A stretch of DNA of 64,000 nt from Eledone cirrhosa (taxonomy: Eukaryota), in the NCBI GenBank assembly GCA_964016885.1, contig OZ024743.1:375534001-375598000 (forward strand), read 5' to 3'. This document shows, one piece after another, positions 47,651 through 61,807 of the stretch (positions are counted from its first letter, which is position 1; each line of letters opens with the position of its first letter). Below the pieces are notes generated by a model. It did no database searches and was not told the DNA's origin. It saw only the letters and a program-made list of their open reading frames with translations. The position numbers were made by a program, and so were the translations under genes.

Positions 47651-48633
47651 ATATTTAAGTAACAGCCGTACTAAGAGTGGGAAATAAAATTTCGTTTCAT
47701 ACTAAGGCTACATGTAGTACCCCCCCCCTCCCCTAGTCTATGATAGATTTGGCGGACTCCGCCCTTTATAGCAGTTGGCTTAGACCCCGGATACTTGTTG
47801 CCCCCTTTTTCCGACCGCTCCCACTATTCTCTGTGCCCTCTATATTTCTTAGTGGCACTTATGCCTTATTTTTTCGTTTCAGTATTTCTTGCCTCGCTTT
47901 TCTTCTGGACGGGGTGGATTCTGAATTTATTTCTCCGTATTCTACCTTTATTTCGTACGAACTTCCATGTAGCTTGTTTTAGATCTTTTAGAGTTAGCAT
48001 TAGTATATATTTTTCTCGGGACTCAGAATTATTATCTCGTACTAGTTCACTTTGCTGCACTGGGTCGTTGCTGGCCCGGGATGGAAACCTTTATTGTTTA
48101 TTTCGTGGTAGTCTCTTTAGTATTTTGGCCCCTTTTGTTGACCCGTCACCGTATCATTTACGTACTTATACCTCTTAAAAGGGTGCTTGCCTATTCCGTC
48201 CCACCTAGTTCTTTTACTTATTTCGTTATTTCTTTATTTATTTATTTCTTTACTTCTTTCTTTCTTTCTTTATTTTATTCTAGCCTAACAATAGCCTGAG
48301 ACCTAGGTCGTAGAATTTAATTTACTTTACTTTTTTCTTTACACTTATTTGCTTTTCTTCACTCTCAGTATTTTTTCTTTCCTATATATATTTTTCTACC
48401 CCCCTACCCCCCATTGTTCTACCTACCGTTCCGACTTCCTCCCCCTCCCCCTCCCCTGTATCTTCTTTGACCTCATGCCCAGCTGTAGCTGGCACTACCA
48501 ACGCTTGATTGGGTCTACTCCACCCCCTCCCCTCTTTCTCCTACTGGCAGGTTTAGCCACCATCTCCCCTACTAATTTGCAACCACAGAATTACTACTGA
48601 TTTTTGACAATCACTTTGACCATATATGGAATT

Positions 48634-48727
48634 ACCCCTTGAGAAGATCGGCTATTTAAATACCAGGATAAATTTTCATTTAGTCCAGAATTAGCCGTCG
48701 AAACGGCTTGAGCTCAGCTGTCGGGGT
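48634..48727 (+). ncRNA. Type I hammerhead, U3-A8 core, all three helices well formed
   Basis: ACCCC-UUGAGAA-GAuCGGCUA..UAGCCGUC-GAA-ACGGCU-tgagctc-AGCUGU-C^-GGGGU. Confidence 0.82.
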
Positions 48728-48818
48728 CTTACTGGTTCCTATTACCCACTCTACTACCTCAAGTATTGAGTACTTTGGTGCGTTATGGTCCACCTGGTTC
48801 CTTACCACATTTCCTCCG

Positions 48819-48877
<59 letters not shown>

Positions 48878-48918
48878 ATATATTATATATATATTATATA
48901 TATATATATATATAATAT

Positions 48919-48974
<56 letters not shown>

Positions 48975-48979
<5 letters not shown>

Positions 48980-49575
48980 TCAGGTTATCAATAATGTAGT
49001 GATAATATATCGTTACGTTAGAGATGAACAGCGTACGTGCAGGTTTGCTCAACGAGTATAAATTATATTCCGGAGAAATGTAGAAAGGATGAATATAAAA
49101 TGAAAGTGCTTTTGTTAAAAAAGGAATTTATTAGGTATTGACATATGTTTCTGTAACAGACCGAATACCTATGTATCGCTGCTTGCGTAATCATATAATG
49201 TTAGCAAGTATTCGATAGCAAATGTATAATCAGTTGTCACATCTTCAGAGATTTTGGATAAACTGGATAAAATCAGAAAAATTTGTTTAGCAGTAAATTA
49301 TTTTACAGTAAATTATTTTACCATCTGTCATATTCTATCCCCTCTGTTCCTTCCTCTTTTACTAATATAAATACTTCAATTTTTCTGATTTTATCCAGTT
49401 TATCCAAAATCTCTGAAGAAGTGACAACTGATTATACATTTGCTATCGAATACTTGCTAACATTATATGATTACGCAAGCAGCGATACATAGGTATTCGG
49501 TCTGTTACAGAAACATATGTCAATACCTAATAAATTCCTTTTTTAACAAAAGCACTTTCATTTTATATTCATCCT

Positions 49576-49580
<5 letters not shown>
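48975..49580. mobile_element. Fold-back element: 203-bp arms (49081-49283 / 49378-49580) + tail, with degenerate HHR motif in each arm
   Basis: CUGAAGA (49413-49419)..(u/a)GUGACA/UGUUACA..GAAAC-AUAU-GUC (49510-49521); stem I not obvious. Confidence 0.85.
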
Positions 49581-49613
<33 letters not shown>

Positions 49614-49662
49614 TATATATATATATATAATATATATAAATATAATATGTATAATATAGCTA

Positions 49663-49711
<49 letters not shown>

Positions 49712-49717
49712 TATATA

Positions 49718-49774
<57 letters not shown>

Positions 49775-49804
49775 TATATATATATAATATATATATATAT
49801 ATAA

Positions 49805-50047
<243 letters not shown>

Positions 50048-50129
50048 TATATAATATATATATATAATATATATATATATATATAAATATATTATATATA
50101 TATATATTATATATATATATATATTTATT

Positions 50130-50200
50130 ATCTGTATCGATCTGACCCGACTCTGGAATCTAAAGCTCGTCGGACCTCTATAGTAGTAATGACAGAATAT
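50130..50200 (-). mobile_element. Partial copy of the 47391/62409 HHR element (5' half only)
   Basis: Reverse complement atattctgtcattactactatagaggtCCGACGAgctttagattccagagtcggg. Confidence 0.85.
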
Positions 50201-50306
50201 GTATATGTATATATATATATGTATTGTATATATATTATATATATATAATATATATATATTATATATATATTATAAAATATATAATATATATATATTATAT
50301 ATATAT

Positions 50307-50339
<33 letters not shown>

Positions 50340-50357
50340 ATATATATATATATTATA

Positions 50358-50420
50358 TATATATATTTCATGAAAACTTTCAGTGGAGATGGTCACGGTT
50401 GGATTTCATTCATCAGCAGA
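50358..50420 (-). ncRNA. Hammerhead core running into (TA)n; 3' strand of stem I missing
   Basis: CUGAUGA-AUGAAA..UUUCAU-GAAA-UAUAUAUA then microsatellite. Confidence 0.55.
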
Positions 50421-50889
50421 GCTCAACAGAAACCAGGGCTCTCACAGTAGTATAATCCGAAAAAGGGAATTCTAAAATTGGCTAGTTCGCTTTCATGTGT
50501 ATTTATGAAAAAGCACATGAGGAAAAAACGGGGCTAGTGACGTCAGGATGGAAGTGAATGTTTATTTACAAGAAATAGCAGTCAAATACATTCTGAAAAA
50601 AACTCTACAAAGGAGTTCAGCAAAATAGCAATAATTATCACAGTTTTTATGAAAAAAACGGGATTAGTCACAGATAGTTTAAGCACTCTAGGAAAAGAAT
50701 CCGAGTATAAATATAAATGAGAGGTATAGAGATTGTTTTAGCATATTATATATATATTATATATATATATTATAAAGATATATTATATATATATATATAT
50801 TATATATATATATTTATTATATATATATATTTATTATATATATATATTATATATATATATATTATATATATATATATATTATATATATG

Positions 50890-50921
<32 letters not shown>

Positions 50922-51090
50922 ATATATATAATATATATATATATATATAATATATATATATAATATATATATAATATATATATATATAATATATATATAT
51001 ATATAATATATATATATATAATATATATATATATATATAATATATATCTATATATATATAATATAATATATATATATATATATAATATAT

Positions 51091-51122
<32 letters not shown>

Positions 51123-51180
51123 ATATAATATATATATATATATATAATATATATATAATATATATATGTATACATATATA

Positions 51181-51424
<244 letters not shown>

Positions 51425-51804
51425 TATATATATATATAAATAATATATATATATATAAATAATATATATATATATATATATAAATAATATATATATATAT
51501 ATATAATATATATATATATATAATATATATATATAATATATGTTTCTTTTATTTGCCACTAGGGCATGAAAAGTGGGACAAGTACAAAGAGGGGAGTTTA
51601 CACAAAAAGGCGTCCTCAATAAGGAGGAGGCAATAACAAAATATAAAAATAAAATAAGATATAACAAAAAATAAAATTTTTAACAAAATCCTCAATAGAG
51701 AGGAGGCGCCTTGGGGGGTCGCACACACCCCCGAAAAAAGTGTGCAACCCTTCTCCTCAGGAGCACAGAGAAGGGGTGCTCCCTTGGTCTTTCATCTTCC
51801 TCAC

Positions 51805-54800
51805 CTATAGTCTGATGTAGAGTGAAGGCCCATTCACACGGGCCATTCTCGCCACTTTCACCCATCTTTCATAGAAACGGCTGGGGTGCAGCACCTCTCT
51901 CTCCATCCTGATCCTTCTTCCGAAATGATATCGGAAGAAACGGACCAGTTGTTGGCCAGAGAGAAAGGTGCCTGACCTCAGTCCTTTCAGACGCGTCCAC
52001 CATACAACCTCTTTCGCCATGGCTATTACGCACAGAAACACCGCCTCTGCTTCATCTTTGAAGGGGGGAGGCGGCTTGATCATTACAATAGACTCGGTGG
52101 TCAACCGGATCGGTCCCACCCTTGACAGCAGTTGTTCGACATAGCCCCACAGATCGGCTACGCCCGAGCAGTGTACCAATGCGTGTGCAACGGTTTCCTC
52201 GTCGCACACGCATCTGGGACAGATCTTTTTGGCGGGGTCCCTACCCGGGCGCCCGTGTCTGTAGAGCCTTTCTCGAACGGGTAAAGCCCCTCGGTAGCAC
52301 TGCCAGGCCAGGGACTTCTGGAAGTTGTCCATAGGTCCCGGGCTGAATGTCCTACCGAACAGGCTGGCCAGTTCGTCCTCCTCCATGTCTAGGGCTTCTC
52401 CGAGGGCGTCGTTGCACCTGCTGCGTACCAGCCCTCTATAGAATGTTGCGGTGGAGTCTCCACTGATAACCGGATCCGCCTGCCAGAGGGCGGTGAGCGC
52501 CTGGGCACACTCAGTGTGCCAGGCGCACAGTTTTCTCGGTCTTTGCTTGACCCAGGATTGCAGCTCGGTGAGTGAGACGAGTCTGGGAAAGGTTCGTCTC
52601 ACAAACGAGGCCCACACCGGTTGTCCGGTGAGGAATACGTAGAGGTGCCGTAGCCTTAATGCGTGTTTACGCATCATTAGCCACGGCATCCCCAGCCCTC
52701 CTTTCGAAGGGTGTTGACAGCAGATGGATCTCCTCACCATAGGAGCCCGCCTCTTCCAAAGGAATTGGAAGAGCGCGCGCTCCATCTTGGTGAGGGTTTC
52801 CCTTGGGCAGGGCACTACGGTCAGGCGGTAGTAGATGACGGACGCTATGTAGGTGTTCGCCACCTCCGCCCGACCTTTCAGGGATAGTTTGCAACTGGCC
52901 CACCTCTGGGTCAGTGCAAACACCCTGTTCGAAACCTCCGCCCAGTTTTTCTCCACCTGGAGGTCCGGTCCGAACCAGACCCCGAGCAACTTCACCGGGC
53001 CCTCCGTCCAGCGTCCGACGACGCCATCGGAGGGCATCGGTCTGCCCCTCCACGTGCCGAGTTGCAAACCGATCGACTTGTCCCGGTTCAGCTTAGCCCC
53101 TGTGAACTTTTCGTACTCCTCCAGTAAGGTGCCGACCGCCTCGATTTCGGAGGCCGTCGACACCATTACTGTCACGTCATCGGCGTAGGCCGACACCGCT
53201 TCCGCAATCCCGGTTCCAAAGGAATGCCCTGCAACAACTCCAACTTCCGCAGTAGTGGCTCGAGAGTCAACACATACAGAAGGGAGGAGAGAGGGCACCC
53301 TTGTCGGATGGACCGCGCGATTTTGAACGGCTCCGAGAGGTAGCCGTTCACCTTGACCCTAGAGCAGATGCGGCTGCTGTGCATAGCAGTGATCCAGCCC
53401 CTGAAAACGGGTCCGAAGCCTGCCGCCGCTAGCACCGCATCCAGGTAACCATGGTCGACCCTATCGAACGCCTTAGATTGATCCAAGTAGTTGATCAGAT
53501 CCCCACCAAAGCCGGGTTCGTTCCCAACCCTCTCTATGATGTATCGCATGAGGTGGAGGTTGTCATGATGGACCTGGACGGGATAGCGCATGTCTGCGCA
53601 TCTCCCACCAGGTTGCCCACAACAAGCGCCAACCTCTTTGCTAGCACCTTGGCCAAAATCTGTAACTCTGTATTTAGCAGAGTTATGGGCCTGAAGTTAC
53701 TTATTTCGTCCCCCTTGTTCTCGTCCTTCCTCACTAGCGTGACTACGCCCTGGTCACAGTACAGGGAATTCTCTCGTTCTGTTGCAGTTGCAGTAGACCG
53801 CCTCGAGGAGATCGGGGAACAAGTCCGGCATAGCTAGATATAATTCGTAAGGAAGACCATCGAGACCCGGGGATTTGCGTTTGCCGCATTGGCTCAGCAC
53901 GTCCTCTATCTCAGCGGCCGAAATCGGCTCCTCGCAGGACTTCGCCTCCCTGTCCGAGAGGCGCGGCAGGCCGTCGAGGTATGGACCGAAGTCCACGTTC
54001 CCAACCGGCTCCCCGCCCCTCCCGAACAGTCGGGCAAAGTGCCTTTGAAAGGCCTCACACATCTGCTTAGGCTCAAGAATCGCCCGTCCATCCAGGTCTC
54101 GCAAAGACCGGATGGTGGATTTAGTTCCACTGTTGGCCTCTGTCACGCGGGCCCAGCTAACAGCTTTGGTCCCCTCGTTCCCTAGAGCACGTATTTTACT
54201 TCGGACAACGCAGCCTTCGTGCTTCGCGTCGAAAAACTGGCTCAAAGCCGTTCTCGACGCTAGCACTCTGGCCACGTCGCCGCTTCTAATTGCCTCTTCT
54301 ACTCTATCTATTAGCTCCCTTTCCTTCCTATTCCTATCCGCAGCTAGAACCTTACTAAATTCTATCGAGACTACTCTAATCTCTCTCTTTAGAGATACCC
54401 ACCACCTGCTGTTGACGATCGCTCCAGTCAACCGTTCCTTAACTAACGTACTAATCCGATTCCTGTAGGCTCTACTTGCCGGCAAGGACAAGTTGAGCTT
54501 CCAGTAACCGGGGCCCTGTCTATGAGTTCTGTCAAGGTTGACCATGCAGGTCACTAATTTGTGGTCTGAATAGCCAACCATGCGCATTTTTGGACAACTT
54601 AAAAAGTCCTTATCCTTAATTCTAACTAAGAACCTATCTAGGTACGACCTAGATGATCCGCTACGATTTGCCCAAGTCCAGGTTGGCGCAGTCGGAAAAT
54701 CTAGTCGATATCTATCGGCCAGGTCAAATCGACCGATTAACCCTTTGAGGCTATTACACCCCTCTCTATCGGGGCAGGCCCCTACGTAGTCCCAGTGTGC

Positions 54801-55241
54801 ATCTAGGATACCATTCCAGTCCCCCACTAATAGCAAGGAGCGGGACGTCCCTAGAAAAGTCTCCAGACGATGGAAGAAGTCCGGCCGCATTGACCCGAAA
54901 GGGCCGTAGGCGGCTACCAACCTAAACGCTCCGCCTTTACCACTGCCAAGGTCCAGAACCACTAGTCGACCCTCCGGGTCCAAATGTACCATCTGTGTTG
55001 CGAGACCCAGATGTTTTTGCAGCAGAACGACAACTCCACCCCCACCTCCGGGCTGACAGAGAGATGCGTGCATCTCAAAGTCATCAAAGGTGGGGGCCAG
55101 CTGTCGCACGTTGCTGATCCGGGCCTCGCAAATAACCATCACATCTATACGTTGTGACCTGAGGTCATTTAGAAGCATTGCTTGCTTCCAAGTTGAGCCC
55201 AGGCCACGCGCATTTAAACAGCCTACTCTTAGCATAGCCAT
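51805..55241 (-). pseudogene. Tx1/L1 ORF2 (APE + RT + C-terminal Cys/His motif), several frameshifts between ~53170 and 53760
   Basis: CLNARGL, VGDWN, SYLDRF, SDH, GPGYWKLN, KSPGLDGLP, NFRPITLLN, DQSKAFDRVDH, RQGCPLS, AYADD, CPRC..ETVAHALVHC. Confidence 0.9.
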
Positions 55242-55265
55242 GTTGGTGGTGAAGAGAAAAGGCAC

Positions 55266-57059
55266 TTACCTCTCTGCGTCCCGGGTATCGGGCTGCACAA
55301 TTTCCATTAGGGTGGGGGATGGGTTGTTAGGTGGGGTGGTGGTTTGTGGAAGTGTGGGGGCATCAGTGTGTTGTGTGGTTGGGGAGCTTGGAGTTGTGTG
55401 GGTGTTTGGGGAGGGGGTGGGATAGTTTTTTAGGAGGACGCGGTTAATGGGCCCGACGCAGGGGGGACCCACGTCCTCTTTAAAATTGTTTTTTAAAGTT
55501 TTATAGGTGTCCTGTGGGGCCTTAATCATTTTGAGGTGGGGGAAATCCCCTGCCTGGGTGAAGTTAGGCCCTTGTGTTTTTATTAGATTGTTGTTGTACA
55601 CAATGTTTAACAGTTTTTTGTTTCTTGTATTTATGTATGTGTATGCATGTTTTTGTTTTTGTGTGGTGTTTTTCGTTTGCTGTTGTTGTGAGCTCTTTTG
55701 TGTTGGTGTCAGTGTTATGTTTTGGGGAGGGGTTTTTTTCATTTGTGTGTCTGAGGTGTGTTTTCTTTTTTTTCTTTTGATTGTGTGGAAGTTCTCCTCC
55801 TCGTCTGACGACGAACTAGGGTCATCTTCCGCGTTGGAGGGGAGGGGTATATTTTCGGGTTGTGTTTGCGGTACGGGTGTTTTGGAAATTGTTTTTGTTT
55901 TTTGAGTGGAGGGGATGGGTTGGACATTGTTTTGTTTTGGTTTGAGCTGTGGTGGTTGTTTTTGTAGTGGTAGTTGTGGTGATTGTGTTGGTTGTGCAGT
56001 CGTTGGTGGTGTAGGCAGGATTGGGGTTTTCTTATTAAGTTGGGGACAGACAGCCCTCAGGTGACCTCTGGTTCCGCAGAGGTAACACGAGGGCCGTCTA
56101 CCCTCAACGGTAATGTTGATGAAGGTTAGATCATCCAGTATGACGCGTTCAGGGATCTGGGCGATCCTTTCGGGCCTCATTTGAACTACAAGTTCGAGGC
56201 TCGTTCCACTGAACGCGTCACCCGATGCCTTTCCCATGGACACCAGCATGTCATCCTCCAGGTCCAGAAAACCTGTCAAAACCCACCATATGTCCATAAT
56301 CGGCAGGATGGTGTGGATTTTTATTTTTTGTGTTCTTCTACCCATGTACGTAGGGTAGAAGGTGTATGCGGTGGATGTGATTGGTTTGATGGACAGTTTC
56401 ACTGCTGTGTCCCTGTCCTTCATGAGAATGGATAGACTCCCGTAGAGTCTATCCTTCTGAATGAAGGTGATGTCCTTCATGACGTATTTTAAAACCAGCT
56501 CTATCTCGATCTGTGATGGTTGAGCTGGTTTTTTACTTTTGTTCGAGATTGTCCTAAACATGACCGTGTTTAGGAGTCTCTGGCTTTTTAGTTCCGGGGG
56601 GGAATGGATTGTGAATGAACCATTTTCCCCGTACACTATATATTTTTTCGCATCCGCCAGTAGCTCCTTCGCTTTTGTTATATCTACTGGCAGATAGTCG
56701 AGGGTTTTCCTTGTCGTCTCGGCGAAGGAGAAATTTTGTTTGTTTGTGTTGTTGTTGTCGTTGGTGGTGTTGTTGTTATCATTGCTGTTGTTGTCACCGT
56801 TATTGGTCTTGTTGTTGTTGTTATTGTTATTGTTATTGGTGTTGTTTTCGTCCGTCGCATTGTTGTTGTTGTTGCTGTTGCTGCTGGTTCTTTGGGTTGT
56901 TGCCATGGCAACGTCAAGTTGTCGGTTAACAGGTGGAGAGAATTCTTCCTCTGGCTGATCTTTCTTCTTGACCTCTGCTACTGTGACAGTGGCAGGGGGA
57001 AGCTGTAAGTTCATCTTCCCCTTTCCTCCTTCGAATTTTGGTGAAGAAGCTTCGGCCAT
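55266..57059 (-). CDS. Tx1/L1 ORF1 (597 aa) with CCHC zinc knuckle
   Basis: Open ATG-initiated ORF; GRRPSCYLCGTRGHLRAVCP; N-rich and P/T/Q-rich low-complexity flanks. Confidence 0.85.
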   Translation of the reverse strand: MAEASSPKFEGGKGKMNLQLPPATVTVAEVKKKDQPEEEFSPPVNRQLDVAMATTQRTSSNSNNNNNATDENNTNNNNNNNNNKTNNGDNNSNDNNNTTNDNNNTNKQNFSFAETTRKTLDYLPVDITKAKELLADAKKYIVYGENGSFTIHSPPELKSQRLLNTVMFRTISNKSKKPAQPSQIEIELVLKYVMKDITFIQKDRLYGSLSILMKDRDTAVKLSIKPITSTAYTFYPTYMGRRTQKIKIHTILPIMDIWWVLTGFLDLEDDMLVSMGKASGDAFSGTSLELVVQMRPERIAQIPERVILDDLTFINITVEGRRPSCYLCGTRGHLRAVCPQLNKKTPILPTPPTTAQPTQSPQLPLQKQPPQLKPKQNNVQPIPSTQKTKTISKTPVPQTQPENIPLPSNAEDDPSSSSDEEENFHTIKRKKRKHTSDTQMKKTPPQNITLTPTQKSSQQQQTKNTTQKQKHAYTYINTRNKKLLNIVYNNNLIKTQGPNFTQAGDFPHLKMIKAPQDTYKTLKNNFKEDVGPPCVGPINRVLLKNYPTPSPNTHTTPSSPTTQHTDAPTLPQTTTPPNNPSPTLMEIVQPDTRDAER

Positions 57060-57282
57060 TTAAAAAAATATTGACTTTTCAACAAGAAAAAACTTTTTTT
57101 TTTTGTTTAACTATTTCGCCTAAAGGCGTAGAATATTTTGAGAGACTGACCAGATCAAAGTTTGACCTGGCAGTCCCTCTACAAAATGGTACAAAAATTA
57201 AAGTTATCAGACAAGAATTTCTATAGAAATTTAAACAGAACTTACTCAGCAAGTTATACGCGTGTGTCCATCCCAGAGATAG

Positions 57283-57362
<80 letters not shown>

Positions 57363-57385
57363 TATATATAATATATATATATATA

Positions 57386-57495
<110 letters not shown>

Positions 57496-57738
57496 TATAA
57501 TATATATATATAATATATATATATATATATAATATATATATATATAATATATATATATATATATAATATATATATATATAATATATATATATATATAATA
57601 TATATATATATATAATATATATATATATATAATATAAGTATTGAAATTTCCGTTGAAAACAGAAAAGGTCATAGAAGTGAAGAGTGCTCTATGTAAGTAA
57701 CAGAGCAAAATTTAATGTATAAAAATCAATACAATATA

Positions 57739-57816
57739 ATTACCTCATTACCAGACGTTTCCCAAATGAGGCGAATACGAAAGAAACGTCTTCATTCGTT
57801 CGTCAGACGAGGCAAT
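57739..57816 (-). ncRNA. Type I hammerhead in inverted pLTR
   Basis: attgcctcgt-CUGACGA-aCGAAUGA..UCAUUUGg-GAAAC-gtctg-GUA^-atgaggtaat (10-bp stem I). Confidence 0.75.
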
Positions 57817-60458
57817 ATAAAACTTGGGTAAATACTTGGAAAGTCTCATCAAGAAAAGCAAAATAAATATAGACAAATGAATTAGAATATGAAATATATA
57901 AAAATCTTTCAAGAAATATAGTTAGGTGTGTGTATATGTATGTATATACGCTCACAGATGTGCATATATGTGTATGCACATATGTATACGTATAGTGAAA
58001 AAGTGTGCGTAAATATATAATTTAGGGCAAATGTATCTGTGTATCTGTAATCTACAGACAGAATAGATACATCATAAGAATATGAAGGCACGCTCATAAA
58101 CACACCTACACACACATACACTTATATGCGGAAATAAAAGAGGTAAGGGAGTGTAATAATTAAAGGAAAGTATCAATCTCGATATATTTATAAAAATGGA
58201 ACAATAATTTAGAAAGAAAAAATTAAAGAAAAGAAGACAAACAAGGTACACGCATACGCACACACGTATATCTCACAAAAGAAACGCAAAAATATACATG
58301 TTTATATACACACGCACACTTACACGCACACTTAGACAAAGTAGAGAAGGTTGTTAAAAGAATGAGATGGAAAGCTTTGATTCTCGATGAACACTTTAAC
58401 ACGGATTCTACGGAATATTTTGACATCAAAACTCATAAATACCCGCAAAGAGTAAAAGATATGACCGCCTTTGATTTAGACCTAGTTAACCTAATCAACA
58501 ATATCAATTTTCGTAAGTACTCTAACCCTTTTCAATCTAAACTATCTAATGATATTTCAACATTCAAATCTTCTAATAATAAGTTCATGTTCTCCGATAA
58601 AACTAAAAATCTATATGAAGTTAACAATAATTTACACGACCAACTATTAATAGATAATATCACCTCTAAATACCAAATAGCTAATATAAATACGTACCAT
58701 AATATAAATAAGGAAGTTAAAGAATTAGCTGTTTCTTTAAAAATAGATAATAGGACAGAAAAACTTGCTAAACGTAATGCGTACATCACCCTTAAAGATC
58801 ACAAACCCGACTTTATTAATCGTCCTAGTTGTAGATTAATCAATCCTGCTAAGACTTATATTGGTCTTGCAGCAAAAAATTTTTAAATAATATAAATACA
58901 CACATTAGAAGTAAGTCTAAATTACTCCAATGGATAAATAGCTCTTCCGTAGTACATTGGTTTAATAATATTAAAAACAAAAATAGTTCTAGATTCACCC
59001 AATTTGACATTGTAGATTTCTACCCATCTATCACTCAGACCCTTTTAGCGAAAGCTTTAAATTTCGCTAGCGGGTTTACTAATATCTCCGATATTGAAGA
59101 GAATGTCATCTTGCACGCTAGAAACACTCTACTCTTTACTGATAATGACACTTGGGTAAAAATATCTAACCCAGAGATCCCATTCGATGTCTCAATGGGC
59201 TCTTATGACAGTGCTGATGTTTGTGATTTGGTCGGCCTATTCCTCCTACATACACTTAAAGAAAAATTTCCTAACCATATTTTTGGGCTTTATCGCGACG
59301 ATGGTCTAATACTTTCCCATACCACCATAGGCCATAACTTAGATAGATTAAGGAAAGACTTAATAAAAACCTTCGTTAGTTTTAATCTTAAAATTACTAT
59401 TGACACTAACCTTTCCAATGTAGATTTCCTAGATATAAACCTAGATTTGCCTACTGCTTCTTATAAACCATACCATAAACCTAATGAAAACTTAAAATAT
59501 ATAAATAAAGGCTCTTGCCATCCTCCTATAGTTTTTAAAAACCTTATCCCTAATATTAGCCGTAGGATCTCCACCCTCTCTTCCTCAGAAGCTATTTTTA
59601 ATAAGGCATCCCCCTACTATAATAAAGCCCTCCAAAATAGCGGTTTTAGCGAACCGATTAAATACATACCCAACTATACTAACTCTATTAAACATAAAAA
59701 CAGGAAAAGAAAAATAATCTGGTTCACACCCTCTACTCTCTAGCACTTAAAACTAATGTAGGCAAAAAATTCCTAGAGCTCCTAGATAAACATTTCCCTA
59801 GAACACATAGATACTATAAGATCTTTAACAGAAACTGTGTCAAAATTAGCTATTCCTGCGGTCCCCCTATTAAGTCCTATATCATCAACAAAAAATCACC
59901 TAGAGAAAATCAAACTTGCTCCTGTAGAATCAAAAGTGAATGCCCATTACAAGGTAAATGCAACACCAAAGCCATTGTATATGCGGCTAAAGTGACAACC
60001 ATCAGCAACAACCATCCAGCCACCAGTGAACGATATGTGGGTATGACGCAAGACAAATTCAAAACGCGTTATTACTCACATGTCGCATCCTTTCGACATC
60101 CAGAAAAAAGATTTACAACAGCTCTGGCTAGCAGAATTTGAGATTTGAAAGACCAAGGCATCCAATATAAATTGGATTGGTCAATTTTGAACCAATCTAA
60201 AGAATATGCAAGAGGAACAAGAAAATGCACGCTCTGCATAAATGAAAAATATTGGATCTTGCAAAATCTTAAATCACCAAAGACCTGCCTGAACACAAAG
60301 ACGGAAATTTTCACCAGTTGCCCACACATGAAATCACACCTGCTTTCCAGCTCATATAAACTTAACACACTTTCAGATACTTATCCTCCATAAACTCTTA
60401 TTATTCTCTTTATAATTACCTTTTCTGATTTACTTTCATTTTTATCCTTATTATTTCA

Positions 60459-60710
60459 TTTTTTATTTTTATTTTTATTTTTATTTTTATTTTTATTTTT
60501 ATTTTTATTTTTATTTTTATTTTTATTTTTATTTTTATTTTTATTTTTATTTTTATTTTTATTTTTATTTTTATTTTTATTTTTATTTTTATTTTTATTT
60601 TTATTTTTATTTTTATTTTTATTTTTATTTTTATTTTTATTTTTATTTTTATTTTTATTTTTATTTTTATTTTTATTTTTATTTTTATTTTTATTTTTAT
60701 TTTTATTTTT
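60459..60710. repeat. (TTTTTA)n hexamer microsatellite inside PLE 3' UTR
   Basis: Direct reading. Confidence 0.95.
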
Positions 60711-61000
60711 ACTTCACATCCACCAATAATCCCCCCCCCCTTATTCTCCGATTCACTTACCTAATATCTTCACTTTCCATTTTTTACTTCCCTATTTCCT
60801 TCACTAACTGATTAGACAGGTCACTTGCGTTTTCCACTCCAGATATTTTTTTTTTTTTTTGCGCAGCCAATCTTACAATTTTATATCTGTACTTACTTAT
60901 CCACAAGTTTTTTACACCCTTATCTATGTGTCTGAACGCCTTAATGTGTGTATACTTTCTATATATGTACATGAGCGCCTACGTAAGTGCGCGCGCGTAC

Positions 61001-61050
<50 letters not shown>

Positions 61051-61729
61051 ATGTGTATGTGTCTTTATATCCGTGTTTTTACATCTAGGTTTTATGTTTT
61101 GTTTCTTTTTTCTTCTCCCATTTTTTTACATCCTCATTTTTATGCGTGTGCATGCAAACAGGTCAATATGCGTGAGTATAAGTATGTGTGTGTGTGTGTG
61201 TGTACGTATCGAACGTATGGACGTGTAAGTGTGCGTGTGTATATAAGCATGTATATTTTTGCGTTTCTTTTGTGAGATATACGTGTGTGTATGCGTGTAC
61301 CTTGTTTGTCTTCTTTTCTTTATTTTTTTCTTTCTAAATTATTGTTCCATTTTTATAAATATATCGAGATTGATACTTTCCTTTAATTATTACACTCCCT
61401 TACCTCTTTTACTTCCGCATATAAGTGTACGTGTGTGTAGGTGTGTTTATGCGCGTGCCTTCATATTCTTATGATGTATCTATTCTGTCTGTAGTTTACA
61501 GATACACAGATACATTTGCCCTAAATTATATATTTACGCACACTTTTTCACTATACGTATACATATGTGCATACACATATATGCACATCTGTGAGCGTAT
61601 ATACATACATATACACACACCTAACTATATTTCTTGAAAGATTTTTATATATTTCATATTCTAATTCATTTGTCTATATTTATTTTGCTTTTCTTGATGA
61701 GACTTTCCAAGTATTTACCCATGTTTTAT

Positions 61730-61807
61730 ATTGCCTCGTCTGACGAACGAATGAAGACGTTTCTTTCGTATTCGCCTCATTCGGGAAACCTCTGATAATG
61801 AGGTAAT
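61730..61807 (+). ncRNA. Type I hammerhead in 3' pLTR
   Basis: As 57739-57816, but stem III is weakened (GAAAC-ctctg-AUA). Confidence 0.68.

Larger units (their letters stand above)
51541..57277 (-). mobile_element. Full-length Tx1/L1-type LINE inserted in (TA)n
   Basis: 5' UTR, CCHC ORF1, APE-RT-Cys ORF2, 3' UTR with AATAAA; TA tracts on both sides. Confidence 0.9.

Noticed and set aside
60139-60141. In-frame TGA in the PLE GIY-YIG region as possible selenocysteine (some Naiad PLEs are reported to encode selenoproteins)
   Set aside because: It aligns with Trp in the paralogue (ELIWSLK vs SRI*DLK), so it is a TGG to TGA nonsense change, not a Cys position.
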